Positions 49,375-57,885 of a stretch of 64,000 nucleotides of DNA are shown here, piece after piece (position 1 is the first letter of the stretch; each line of letters opens with the position of its first letter). The notes under the pieces are model-generated. The model had not been told where the DNA came from. It did no database searches and was given only the letters and a program-made list of their open reading frames with translations. A program made the position numbers and the translations under genes. Source of the stretch: Patescibacteria group bacterium (GTDB lineage: Bacteria; Patescibacteriota; Minisyncoccia; Phycocordibacterales; Phycocordibacteraceae); contig JAZKAU010000002.1 of assembly GCA_040388985.1 (NCBI GenBank), positions 420,114 through 484,113 on the forward strand, in the 5' to 3' direction.

Positions 49375-51160
49375 TATCAGGAATTTTAGTATTGTGGCGC
49401 ATGTGGACCACGGAAAATCGACCCTCGCGGATCGCATGCTTGAACATACCGGTACGATTGAAGTACGTCATATGAAAGATCAGGTGCTTGACCGCATGGA
49501 TCTTGAGCGCGAGCGGGGCATTACTATCAAGATGCAGCCGGTGCGCATGAAGTTCAAAGCCAAGGACAGTCAGGAGTACACTCTGAATTTGATTGATACG
49601 CCAGGCCATATTGATTTTGCCTATGAGGTTTCAAGGTCCCTCTCGGCCGTCGAGGGCGTCATTCTGCTCGTCGACTCGACCCAGGGCATCCAGGCGCAGA
49701 CCCTTACCACGCTCGGTATGGCGCGTGAGGCTGGCTGCGTAATCATTCCGGTCATCTCGAAGATAGACGCGCCGGCGAGTCGCCCGGACGACGTCATCCT
49801 GGAACTCTCCGCGCTCCTTGACGTCGATCCGTCGAGCGTACTCGCGGTATCGGGTCGTACCGGTGCGGGCGTCGAGGAACTGCTCGAAGCCGTGGTCTCC
49901 CGAGTTCCTGCGCCGCGGGCGAGCGAAGGCACCGACTCGCGCGCGCTCATTTTCGATTTTTCCTTCTCAAGCCATCGCGGTATCGCCGTTTTCGCGCGCG
50001 TATTCGACGGCTCCTTCAAGAAAGGGGACGTGCTCAGGTTCTCAGCCGCTGGAGAGCGATTTACGGCCCTTGAAACGGGTGTCTTCATGCCTGACGAGAC
50101 ACCTACCGAGACGCTTGGCGCCGGCGAGATAGGCTACATCGTGACGGGCGTGAAGGAGGCGGGTGTCGTTGCCGTGGGAGACACTATACTGACCGACCGC
50201 GGCTCGCGCGAGCCGCTCGCAGGCTTCGAGCTGCCGCGTCCGGTCGTCTGGGCCTCCGTCTATCCTGAGAGCCAGGACGATCTTACGGAGCTACGCCAGT
50301 CGCTCGAGCGTCTGCGTCTTTCGGACTCCTCGCTCTCCTTCGAGGAGGAGTCCTCCGGCGTGCTCGGCCGTGGTTTTCGCTGCGGCTTCCTCGGCATGCT
50401 GCATCTGGAAATCGTCACTGAACGCTTGAAGCGTGAATTCAATCTCGAGCTCATCGTGACCATCCCGACAATCGCCTACAACGTGACGACCAAGGACGGC
50501 AAGCGCGAGACTATCTATACGCCGTCCAGGTTCCCGGCCTTCGGGGACGTCGTGAGCATCGAGGAGCCCTGGGTGAAGGTCGTGCTCATGACCCCGAACG
50601 AGTCCCTATCCGGCATGATGCAGCTTTTCCATGACCATGAGGGAGACGTAAAAGACACCGAGACACATCTGGATGGCCGTATCGAGCTTACCGCCGAGAT
50701 GCCGCTGCGCGAGCTCATGCGCGGCTTCTTCGATAAGGTGAAGAACGCCTCGAGCGGGTACGCATCCCTTTCCTACGAATTCCTTGACGAGCGTCCGGCG
50801 GACGTCGTGAAGCTCGAGATATATGTGGCTGAAGAGCCTGTGCCAGCGTTTGCGCGCGTGGTAGCGCGTCGTCGCGTCGAGATAGAAGGGGAGAAGATGG
50901 TCGAGAAGCTCGAGAAGATCCTGCCACGGCAGATGTTCGTGCTCAAGATCCAGGCGCATGCGCTCGGCCGCATCATCGCGAGTAAGTCCATCTCGGCGCT
51001 CCGCAAAGACGTCACGGGATACCTCTATGGAGGCGATATAACGCGCAAGATGAAGCTGCTTGAGAAGCAGAAGAAGGGGAAGAAGAGACGCGGTGCTCAC
51101 GCAAAAATGGATATACCGCAGGATGTTTTTATGAAAATGGTCCAGGACTCCGAGCGTTGA
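49352..51160 (+). CDS. lepA: Elongation factor 4 (LepA)
   Basis: 'IRNFSIVAHVDHGKSTLADRML', 'DTPGHIDF', and the LepA-specific C-terminal domain. Confidence 0.95.
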   Translation: MEPLHITSIRNFSIVAHVDHGKSTLADRMLEHTGTIEVRHMKDQVLDRMDLERERGITIKMQPVRMKFKAKDSQEYTLNLIDTPGHIDFAYEVSRSLSAVEGVILLVDSTQGIQAQTLTTLGMAREAGCVIIPVISKIDAPASRPDDVILELSALLDVDPSSVLAVSGRTGAGVEELLEAVVSRVPAPRASEGTDSRALIFDFSFSSHRGIAVFARVFDGSFKKGDVLRFSAAGERFTALETGVFMPDETPTETLGAGEIGYIVTGVKEAGVVAVGDTILTDRGSREPLAGFELPRPVVWASVYPESQDDLTELRQSLERLRLSDSSLSFEEESSGVLGRGFRCGFLGMLHLEIVTERLKREFNLELIVTIPTIAYNVTTKDGKRETIYTPSRFPAFGDVVSIEEPWVKVVLMTPNESLSGMMQLFHDHEGDVKDTETHLDGRIELTAEMPLRELMRGFFDKVKNASSGYASLSYEFLDERPADVVKLEIYVAEEPVPAFARVVARRRVEIEGEKMVEKLEKILPRQMFVLKIQAHALGRIIASKSISALRKDVTGYLYGGDITRKMKLLEKQKKGKKRRGAHAKMDIPQDVFMKMVQDSER

Positions 51161-51164
51161 CCGA

Positions 51165-51285
51165 CCTCTAAAAGACCTCATCTGCGTTGTTGCAGCTTCA
51201 AGAATTTCTTCCGCCGTACGCTTCAGTACGTTTCCAGAAATTCTTTCGCTGCGCCTAGCACCTGAAGCCTTTTTAAAGGCCGTTC
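51165..51285 (+). repeat. Intergenic repeat family 1, copy E
   Basis: ...catctgcgttgttgc...ccgccgtacgcttcagtacgtttcc...gctgcgcctagcacctgaagccttttta. Confidence 0.75.
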
Positions 51286-51337
51286 AGTTGGTCAAACGAA
51301 CGTTACGAGTTGCCGAGACTTGCTATACTGAAGGACA

Positions 51338-51697
51338 ATGGCACGGCACCCAGCACCACGGAATCGTATGAAGGAATTGGTAACGGCAGTGATACTGTCG
51401 TTCGCCATCGTCTGGCTGGTCTTCCTGGTCGTAAGCATCTTTCGGAAGGAGGAGATAGCGCGTAAGACGGTAGCCGGGACGAAGGTCGAGCTTGCGGCAC
51501 TCGATACGCGTAAGAACGACCTCTCGAAGACCGTAAGCGACATGGATACCGAGCGCGGTCAGGAGGCATCACTGCGCGAGACGTTCGGGGTTGCGCGGCC
51601 GGGCGAGGACGTTATCATCGTAGTGCCGAAGACCGAGACAGCGCCTCCGCCGCAGCTCACGCTTTGGCAGCGGATCAAAGGCTTCTTCGGGCTCTAG
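51338..51697 (+). CDS. Septum formation initiator family protein (FtsB/DivIC-like)
   Basis: TM followed by a coiled-coil ('ELAALDTRKNDLSKTVSDMDTERGQEASLRE'). Confidence 0.55.
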   Translation: MARHPAPRNRMKELVTAVILSFAIVWLVFLVVSIFRKEEIARKTVAGTKVELAALDTRKNDLSKTVSDMDTERGQEASLRETFGVARPGEDVIIVVPKTETAPPPQLTLWQRIKGFFGL

Positions 51698-51821
51698 AGT
51701 GCGTCTAGAATCTCCATCTGCTGCGTTACGGGTCCCTGCTCGTTTCTCCGCCGTACGCCCTAGTACGTCTACGAAACTCGCTGTCCCGCGCCTTGCATAT
51801 GAAAATTCTAGACGCACTCTT
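51695..51821 (+). repeat. Intergenic repeat family 1, copy F (flanked by a 16-bp perfect inverted repeat)
   Basis: tagagtgcgtctagaat-[ctccatctgctgcgtt...ccgccgtacgccctagtacgtc...cgcgccttgcatatg]-aaaattctagacgcactct. Confidence 0.85.
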
Positions 51822-51831
51822 AATTACCGTT

Positions 51832-51902
51832 GCGGGTATAGTTTAGTGGTAAAATGGGACCTTCCCAAGGTTCAGATCGGGGTTCGATTCCCCGTACCCG
51901 CA
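51832..51902 (+). tRNA. tRNA-Gly (CCC)
   Basis: Acceptor gcgggta/tacccgc. Anticodon loop ttCCCaa. T-arm ggggttcgattcccc. 71 nt, no encoded CCA. Confidence 0.85.
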
Positions 51903-51954
51903 CAAAATAAGGAAAAGGATATGTAAATATCCGATGACTATATTTTGTGACGTA

Positions 51955-52082
51955 GGTACGGGGAATCGAACGGCGGAGCCGGTATACAAGACGAGTCCTC
52001 GAGTGCTTGTCGGCGAGCCGCGGCCAGCGTTCTTAGGAGCGCAGCGAGTTAGAAAAAGCGGGCCGATTCCCCGTACCCGCAC
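51955..52082. repeat. Chimeric repeat: inverted tRNA-Gly 3'-end copy, a ~60-bp core that recurs at 62427-62487, and a direct tRNA-Gly 3'-end copy
   Basis: 'gtacggggaatcgaac' is the reverse complement of the tRNA-Gly 3' end. The core 'ggcggagccggtatacaagacgagtcctcgagtgcttgtcggcgagccg' is identical to the reverse complement of 62427-62474. 'gattccccgtacccgcaca' is repeated at 52065-52083. Confidence 0.8.
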
Positions 52083-52125
52083 AGGTAGGGCTGGGAAAGT
52101 AGATTACTATTCCAGCTATAAGCAA

Positions 52126-52782
52126 TTAATCCGAGAGATATCTCACTACGGAACTGCAATAGTCCTCGAACGAATCTCCGTTTGGAGAGAAGAATCCGTA
52201 TCCGTGTTCTTTAGCGATGCGCTCGACTCTCTTATTCTTTATGACCTCGTCCGCAAACCATTTTCGAACGGCAGAGTCGTCACCGCCGTCTTCCTCAACT
52301 ATCTTCTTGTAGACCCAGTCTTTCTTCGCATGCGCATATCCAAGGATCGTATTCAAATATGAATCATCCGTAAAGCCTACAAAGACAGCCTTTAATACTA
52401 GATGCTTGAGCGACAAGCTGTTTACGAGTTCGGGCGTTATGGCCATCCCTTCAATAGCTAAAGATGCAGTTCCCGCCTTTCGATCGTAATAATTGATTAA
52501 TCCTACGATTGTCTTCCAGGTCAGGTCCTCTTGCGTTATTTCCTGCCGAAAATGTTTCGTGTGAGATTCGTCCTTACTTTCTCCCGAACGATGGAACGAC
52601 ACATCGCCTTCGAAAGATAGGTGATTAACGTTTATGAAAGATTCGTCTGTGAGCGTGTATCTCGCAGCCTCTCGCAAAGCATCCGAGGAAATAGCGGTCA
52701 TGGGGTTTTGCCGTATCAGTTCATTGAAAATAATAGTCTTTCCTGAGCGAGGAGACCCGCCGATGAGGTATAGAGTAGTCAT
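52126..52782 (-). CDS. P-loop NTPase/kinase-like protein (Walker A 'GGSPRSGKT'), low-GC
   Basis: Walker A at residues 8-16, about 218 aa. AT-rich relative to the genome. Confidence 0.6.
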   Translation of the reverse strand: MTTLYLIGGSPRSGKTIIFNELIRQNPMTAISSDALREAARYTLTDESFINVNHLSFEGDVSFHRSGESKDESHTKHFRQEITQEDLTWKTIVGLINYYDRKAGTASLAIEGMAITPELVNSLSLKHLVLKAVFVGFTDDSYLNTILGYAHAKKDWVYKKIVEEDGGDDSAVRKWFADEVIKNKRVERIAKEHGYGFFSPNGDSFEDYCSSVVRYLSD

Positions 52783-52849
52783 GTCAATTTAGTATACGAC
52801 AGTATTTCCTGCCACTGAGGCGTCCTGATTCCAGGGTATACTTCTCATA

Positions 52850-53410
52850 ATGGAACATCGCGAAGTCGAGGTGCGCTTCCTTGAGATAGATAAAGAGCAG
52901 CTAATCGCAAAGCTGCGAGATCTGGGCGCCAAAGATTTGGGTGAGGATATGCTAGAAGAGGTGATTCTCTACGACAAGCCAATGACTTGGCAGGAGAAGG
53001 GTGGGAAAGTGCTCCGTCTGCGCACACGGCAAGGGAAGACGGTGTTGACCTATAAGCATCATGAGAAAGCATCAGTAGGAGGGACTGAGGAGATAGAATT
53101 CGAGGTCAGTGATCCTCACAAAGCCGAAGTTTTGTTAGACCGGCTCGGATATGAAGTATATAGACATCAACAGAAGAAACGACACACATTCGAGCTGGGA
53201 AGCGTAGTCGTCGATATTGATACCTGGCCCAAGATACCTACCTACGTGGAACTCGAAGGCGTCGATGAAGAGTCACTGAAAGCGACAGCTATGGCTCTCG
53301 ATCTTGACTGGAAAGACGTCGAATTGCGAAACCCACGGCTGGTGTTGGAAGAGAAGTACGGAATCCCGATCGCGACCATGCGCTGGTTTACGTTTGATGG
53401 GTTCGAGTAG
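52850..53410 (+). CDS. CYTH-domain protein (triphosphate tunnel metalloenzyme / CyaB-like)
   Basis: N-terminal 'EVEVRFLEI' (ExExK-type start) and conserved acidic and Lys/Arg tunnel residues through the length. Confidence 0.6.
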   Translation: MEHREVEVRFLEIDKEQLIAKLRDLGAKDLGEDMLEEVILYDKPMTWQEKGGKVLRLRTRQGKTVLTYKHHEKASVGGTEEIEFEVSDPHKAEVLLDRLGYEVYRHQQKKRHTFELGSVVVDIDTWPKIPTYVELEGVDEESLKATAMALDLDWKDVELRNPRLVLEEKYGIPIATMRWFTFDGFE

Positions 53411-53447
53411 GGTAGGACATTCGCCGTACCTGTTGATAACTGAAAAT

Positions 53448-53456
53448 GGTATACTG
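53448..53456 (+). promoter_or_regulatory. Extended -10 (TGGTATACT) upstream of the glutaredoxin gene
   Basis: 'aaaaTGGTATACTgag'. The same 'ggtatactgag' string occurs at the DUF192 promoter. Confidence 0.4.
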
Positions 53457-53480
53457 AGAACATAGTAAGAACCTATCTAT

Positions 53481-53723
53481 ATGGATACGAACATCACCAT
53501 CTACAGCACCCCTACCTGCCACTTCTGCCACATGGCTAAGGATTTCCTGACCGAACACAAGGTCCCGTTCACTGACTACGACGTGCAGTCGAACCTCGAG
53601 AAGCGCCAGGAGATGATCGAGAAGAGTGGCCAGATGGGCGTACCTGTCATCTTCGTGGGCGACGAGATGATCATCGGCTTCGATAAGGAGAAGCTCTCCA
53701 CTCTTGCGGGCATAACGGCATAA
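53481..53723 (+). CDS. NrdH/glutaredoxin-like small redoxin (CHFC)
   Basis: 'ITIYSTPTCHFCHMAKDFL...GVPVIFVGDEMIIGF' thioredoxin-fold CxxC. Confidence 0.8.
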   Translation: MDTNITIYSTPTCHFCHMAKDFLTEHKVPFTDYDVQSNLEKRQEMIEKSGQMGVPVIFVGDEMIIGFDKEKLSTLAGITA

Positions 53724-53736
53724 GGGCACGCAACAT

Positions 53737-53765
53737 GAAACCGCCCTCCATCGGAGGGCGGTTTC
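53737..53765 (+). terminator. Rho-independent terminator
   Basis: gaaaccgccctcc-atcg-gagggcggtttc. Confidence 0.7.
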
Positions 53766-53900
53766 ATGTTAGTCTCCAAATGCAGGTACACGTGTAGTGC
53801 CTCGCTTGCCCTTGTAAGCAGTTCTCCATGAGTCGACTGCTTGCTCGGACTTCGCTCGGCGTGATAGTAACATGAATACTTGTTCCTCTCAGCCTCGCTC

Positions 53901-53972
53901 GCCCTTGTAGTTCAATGGATAGAACGGAAGTTTCCTAAATTTCTGATCCAGGTCCGATTCCTGGCAAGGGCA
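53901..53972 (+). tRNA. tRNA-Arg (CCT)
   Basis: Acceptor gcccttg/caagggc. Anticodon loop ttCCTaa. T-arm ccaggtccgattcctgg. A partial copy of the 5' end ('cctcgcttgcccttgta') lies 90 bp upstream. Confidence 0.8.
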
Positions 53973-54029
53973 CAATCCTGAAGTTCCAATATGGCTGTAA
54001 GCATAGCTATAACGAGGTATAATGTAGAT

Positions 54030-54770
54030 ATGCAAAAGAAAGAACTTGTCATCCCGCTCGTAGCGATAGTGCTTATTGTCCTTATAGCTGTTCTGCTGGT
54101 CTGGCACAGCGCAGGTCCGGAGAACGGATCGCCTGTCTTAGGAACTTCAGCAACGACATCCATTGCTTTGCCCGCGACATCTACGATCACGCAGAGCACG
54201 ACGATCGTATCTACGTCTGAGACCTATTATCCCTATGGTTCCGTCACGCTTAGCTTGAACGAGCCAGCGGGTTTCAAGGACGGTTTCTCCATTCGCCCTA
54301 CAGCGATACTTGAAGACAGCCGATGCCCGGAGGATGTCGAGTGCATTCAAGCGGGAACCGTGCGAATCTCGCTCAAGGCAAGTTCACCAAAGGACTCGAG
54401 TACGGTACAAGTCAGTCTCGGCAAGAGTATCACGGTAGGCAGCGAGACGATTACCTTCGAATCCGTAGTGCCTGCGCGCGCCGAAGGCGTGCGCATCGCT
54501 GACAGCGCATATCGCTTCACGCTGCGTGTTGAGAAGACTGCAGTAAGTTCCGGTCCGCCTCCCGTGGTTACCACTAAGCCCTGCTACATCGGCGGCTGTT
54601 CCTCCGAGCTCTGCACTGACGCGCCGGGCGGCGTCTCGAGCTGCATCTACCGCTCGGAGTATGCCTGTTATCGAGGAGCGACATGCGCGCGCCAATCTGA
54701 CGGGAAATGCGGATGGACGCCAACGCCTGAACTTAAGTCGTGCTTAGCCAATCCTCCGGCTCTTCAGTAG
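54030..54770 (+). CDS. Membrane-anchored secreted protein with C-terminal 8-Cys domain (hypothetical)
   Basis: TATAAT sits 6 nt before the ATG. N-terminal TM. C-terminal 'CYIGGCSSELC...CIYRSEYACYRGATCARQSDGKCGW'. Confidence 0.5.
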   Translation: MQKKELVIPLVAIVLIVLIAVLLVWHSAGPENGSPVLGTSATTSIALPATSTITQSTTIVSTSETYYPYGSVTLSLNEPAGFKDGFSIRPTAILEDSRCPEDVECIQAGTVRISLKASSPKDSSTVQVSLGKSITVGSETITFESVVPARAEGVRIADSAYRFTLRVEKTAVSSGPPPVVTTKPCYIGGCSSELCTDAPGGVSSCIYRSEYACYRGATCARQSDGKCGWTPTPELKSCLANPPALQ

Positions 54771-54789
54771 CATATCGTTGCCTCCTGCC

Positions 54790-55092
54790 ATGACTGACGA
54801 AGCATCTATCTCGCGCATCGAGCAGCTCCTTGAAGAGACGAAGGAGCTTGCCGAAGAGAATAATCGCTTGCTGCGGGACATACGGCGCACGAATCGCATC
54901 TCTTTCTGGTCCAAGGTCATACTCTGGACAGTAGTCCTTATCCTTCCGTTCATCTTCCTCGGCCCATTGCTTCGCGCCCTCGTGCCAGCTACAGGCACCG
55001 GAGTCGGTGGCGGGACCCTTTTCGGTCTTCCATCTCCGACTGAATTCCAGAAGATAATTGATACCTATCGGGCCGGTAATACGAGCCAATAA
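54790..55092 (+). CDS. Small hypothetical membrane protein
   Basis: Coiled-coil N-terminus, one TM, Gly-rich tail. Confidence 0.4.
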   Translation: MTDEASISRIEQLLEETKELAEENNRLLRDIRRTNRISFWSKVILWTVVLILPFIFLGPLLRALVPATGTGVGGGTLFGLPSPTEFQKIIDTYRAGNTSQ

Positions 55093-55172
55093 TAAGGGCT
55101 TTTACATGGGCTGAAAGAATTTCCGACCCATGGTAGGATAGCCTTACTACTCGGTGCTAGAGTGGACATATC

Positions 55173-55245
55173 GCTTGGATAGCTCAGTTGGTAGAGCGCG
55201 CCCCTGAAGAGGGTGAGGTCGCCGGTTCGACCCCGGCTCCAAGCA
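55173..55245 (+). tRNA. tRNA-Phe (GAA)
   Basis: Acceptor gcttgga/tccaagc. D-arm gctcagttggtagagc. Anticodon loop ctGAAga. T-arm gccggttcgaccccggc. Confidence 0.9.
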
Positions 55246-55320
55246 CAAAACAGAGTCTTGGGATTGAGAAGAGGCTGCGGGGCAGCCTCTGTCCGGGCGT
55301 AGATTTCGTTACCAGTTCTT

Positions 55321-56466
55321 ATGGGTCAGGAAATCAAGTGTAGAGCTTCGAAGGCCAAGGTATTGTTGTCAGGTTATAGTAAATCTATGTGGAAATCTCA
55401 CCTCGAAACTATATTAGCGTGGCTGAAACGCTACGAGCGGCCGTTGGCCACAGCATTGTTCGTCTTCGGTTTCATTGGAGACGTTCTCACCTTCGGTCTG
55501 CTTGATCTATCAAGCGTGACTATCCTGTTTGCGGCCTATATCGCCATCGTTATCATCACGACGGTCGTCGCCCATGCGACCTTTGATCGACAGGATCGAC
55601 CTTTTATCCGCATCATAGGCGCCCTCGCGCCGCTTGCGGCGCAGTTCGTCTTCGGAAGCCTCCTGTCCGGATTCCTCATCTTCTTTACGAAAAGCGCCGT
55701 GCTTTCGATATCCTGGCCTTTCATCATCGTGCTTCTGATACTCTTCTTCGGGAATGAAGTCTTCCGCCAGTACCGCGACAGCCTCATCTTCCAGGTATTC
55801 CTCGTTTATTTCTCTATATATGCTTTCGCGCTCTTCGCGCTCCCGATTGCTATAGGGAAGCTCACTGAAGTTACGTTCTTTGAGAGTACGATCGCTGCGC
55901 TTATCGCCTTCGCGCTTTATATCGGCCTGCTCGCTGCTACCGGCTGGGCCCGTTTCAAACAATATCTTGTTCCAATCATCGTTAGCAGTGCGCTTATAAC
56001 CGCGATCATCGTCGGCTCGTACTTTGCCGGCCTTCTGCCACCCATACCGCTTACCCTCAAGCAGGGAGGCATATACCACGACATAACGCGCACAGCTGGC
56101 GCGTACGTGGTGCAAGGCGAATCTGTGCGAGCCTGGTGGGATCCGCGCGAACAGGTAGTCCACCACGCTCCCGGCACGCCGCTCTATGCCTATAGCGCCA
56201 TATCAGCGCCCCAAGCCTTCTCAGCCGGTATCATGCACGTCTGGCAGTACCAGGATCATGGAAAGTGGAGTACCCGCTCGACCGTAGCATTCGTCGTCTC
56301 AGGCGGCCGCAAAGAAGGCTACCGAGGCTACTCCATCGTTGATAATCCTGCTGCCGGCAATTGGCGTGTCCTCGTCCAGACTATCGACGGTCAGACTATC
56401 GGTAAGTTCTCATTTGTTGTTCAGAACGTCTCCCAAGAACCAGTATTAACTACCCAAAATCTCTAG
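55321..56466 (+). CDS. Polytopic membrane protein with C-terminal soluble beta-rich domain (DUF2914-like, hypothetical)
   Basis: 6-7 TM helices, then a ~130-aa domain. The start may be at 55384. Confidence 0.5.
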   Translation: MGQEIKCRASKAKVLLSGYSKSMWKSHLETILAWLKRYERPLATALFVFGFIGDVLTFGLLDLSSVTILFAAYIAIVIITTVVAHATFDRQDRPFIRIIGALAPLAAQFVFGSLLSGFLIFFTKSAVLSISWPFIIVLLILFFGNEVFRQYRDSLIFQVFLVYFSIYAFALFALPIAIGKLTEVTFFESTIAALIAFALYIGLLAATGWARFKQYLVPIIVSSALITAIIVGSYFAGLLPPIPLTLKQGGIYHDITRTAGAYVVQGESVRAWWDPREQVVHHAPGTPLYAYSAISAPQAFSAGIMHVWQYQDHGKWSTRSTVAFVVSGGRKEGYRGYSIVDNPAAGNWRVLVQTIDGQTIGKFSFVVQNVSQEPVLTTQNL

Positions 56467-56497
56467 CTCCCTCCACTTGAGTGGCACGCAGAGAGGT

Positions 56498-56612
56498 TTC
56501 TGAAAAACTCGATATGCAAGGCGCTGAGGAGTGAAAGGCAGAGTCGTACTTAGGCGTACGGTGAGGTCTTGAGCGACGAGAGCAACGCAGCAGATCGGGG
56601 AATTTCAGGAAG
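56498..56612 (-). repeat. Intergenic repeat family 1, copy C
   Basis: Reverse complement: gcttcctgaaattccccgatctgctgcgttgc...caccgtacgcctaagtacgactc...gcgccttgcatatcgagtttttcag. Confidence 0.85.
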
Positions 56613-56617
56613 CTCCG

Positions 56618-57115
56618 TTAGCCGGCCTTTACGCGCAGCTTAGTCTGCTTAGCCTTATCAAGCTTCGGAAGGACGAGGGTCAGGAGACCGTCCTTGGCGG
56701 TCGCGCTCGAGGCGTCGACATCGACTTCCTGCGGAAGCAGGATGGTGCGCGAGAAGGAGCCCCAGAAGAGTTCGCGTATGAAATACTCTGAGTCCGAGAC
56801 GCTGTCGCGCTCGGCGCGTGCGCCGTCTATGACGACCATGTCGCGGCTTATGGAGAGGTTAATCTCATCCGGCCGTACGCCTGCGATGAACGTACGGATG
56901 ACTATTTCGCCGGCAGTCTGATAGACGTCAACCGGAAGTTGCCCCTCGCTCGGCTCTTCTTCTGCCTCAGCGAATGCTGCGTGCGTTTGCGTGCTGCTTA
57001 CCTGCACCTGGGGAGATACGCGGCGGGCAGGTGTGACGTCGTCCTCGAAGGCGTCGTAGTCGTCAGTGACCGGGACGGAGCCGGAGAGTCGTTCGAAGAA
57101 AGAGCGCTTTTTCAT
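56618..57115 (-). CDS. Hsp20/alpha-crystallin small heat-shock protein
   Basis: 'PVDVYQTAGEIVIRTFIAGVRPDEINLSI' and 'AKDGLLTLVLPK' are the ACD motifs. Confidence 0.85.
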   Translation of the reverse strand: MKKRSFFERLSGSVPVTDDYDAFEDDVTPARRVSPQVQVSSTQTHAAFAEAEEEPSEGQLPVDVYQTAGEIVIRTFIAGVRPDEINLSISRDMVVIDGARAERDSVSDSEYFIRELFWGSFSRTILLPQEVDVDASSATAKDGLLTLVLPKLDKAKQTKLRVKAG

Positions 57116-57133
57116 AGGGTAAGGATAAGTTCG

Positions 57134-57883
57134 TTAGGCCGTGGGTTGGACTTCGGCGCGATACTGGAAATACTTTAATAGTTCGAAGAGTGCAAAGAAG
57201 ATGGCGGCTCCGCCCCAGACGAAGAGGAAGGCAGTCAGGATGCTGTGCGAGTCGTCTCGAGGAATTATAAGGAAATTAAAGGTGGTGTGCAATCCGATGG
57301 CGAGGATAAGTCCGCCGCTTGCGACGAGCGCGCGCCATCTCCGTCGCATGCGGAAGGAGAAGGCGAGTGAGAATCCGATGGCACTCGAAGCGATGACGTG
57401 CAGCAGCGTCGAACCGACGAAGCGCAGGTTGTCGGTGGCGAGCGCTGCGAGGAAATCATGGGTCGCGAACGGTTCGACGAGGAAGAGCATGTTCTCAAGC
57501 GCCGCAAAGCCGAGCGCGACCGTGAGCATGTAAATGACGAGATCGATGGACTCGTCGACGTCGCGCCGCCAGAGTACGAAGAGCGCGGCAAGGCCGTACT
57601 TGAGCGTCTCTTCGACGACGGCCCAGCCGGTGATGATAGGAAGGCAGAGCGTCGAGTACGCAGAGCAGCCGAGCGAGGCGTACGCATAGTCCCTGAAATA
57701 GGACTCAAGCGGCACCGCAAGAGGCACCGCCGCCATACCGGCCACGAAGGCGATAAGGAGCACCGTACGCGGCTCAGGATGCTTGTAGTCTTCCTTGAGG
57801 AGGAAATAGAGCCACATGAGCGCCGGGAGCATCCCGCCTATGAAGGCGTAGCCGACGGTCTGCATGGAAATGGAATCGAGCAT
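57134..57883 (-). CDS. PrsW-like intramembrane protease family protein
   Basis: Seven TM helices. 'VVEETLKY' (EExxK) and 'FxxxH'-type motifs. Confidence 0.5.
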   Translation of the reverse strand: MLDSISMQTVGYAFIGGMLPALMWLYFLLKEDYKHPEPRTVLLIAFVAGMAAVPLAVPLESYFRDYAYASLGCSAYSTLCLPIITGWAVVEETLKYGLAALFVLWRRDVDESIDLVIYMLTVALGFAALENMLFLVEPFATHDFLAALATDNLRFVGSTLLHVIASSAIGFSLAFSFRMRRRWRALVASGGLILAIGLHTTFNFLIIPRDDSHSILTAFLFVWGGAAIFFALFELLKYFQYRAEVQPTA

Positions 57884-57885
57884 GG

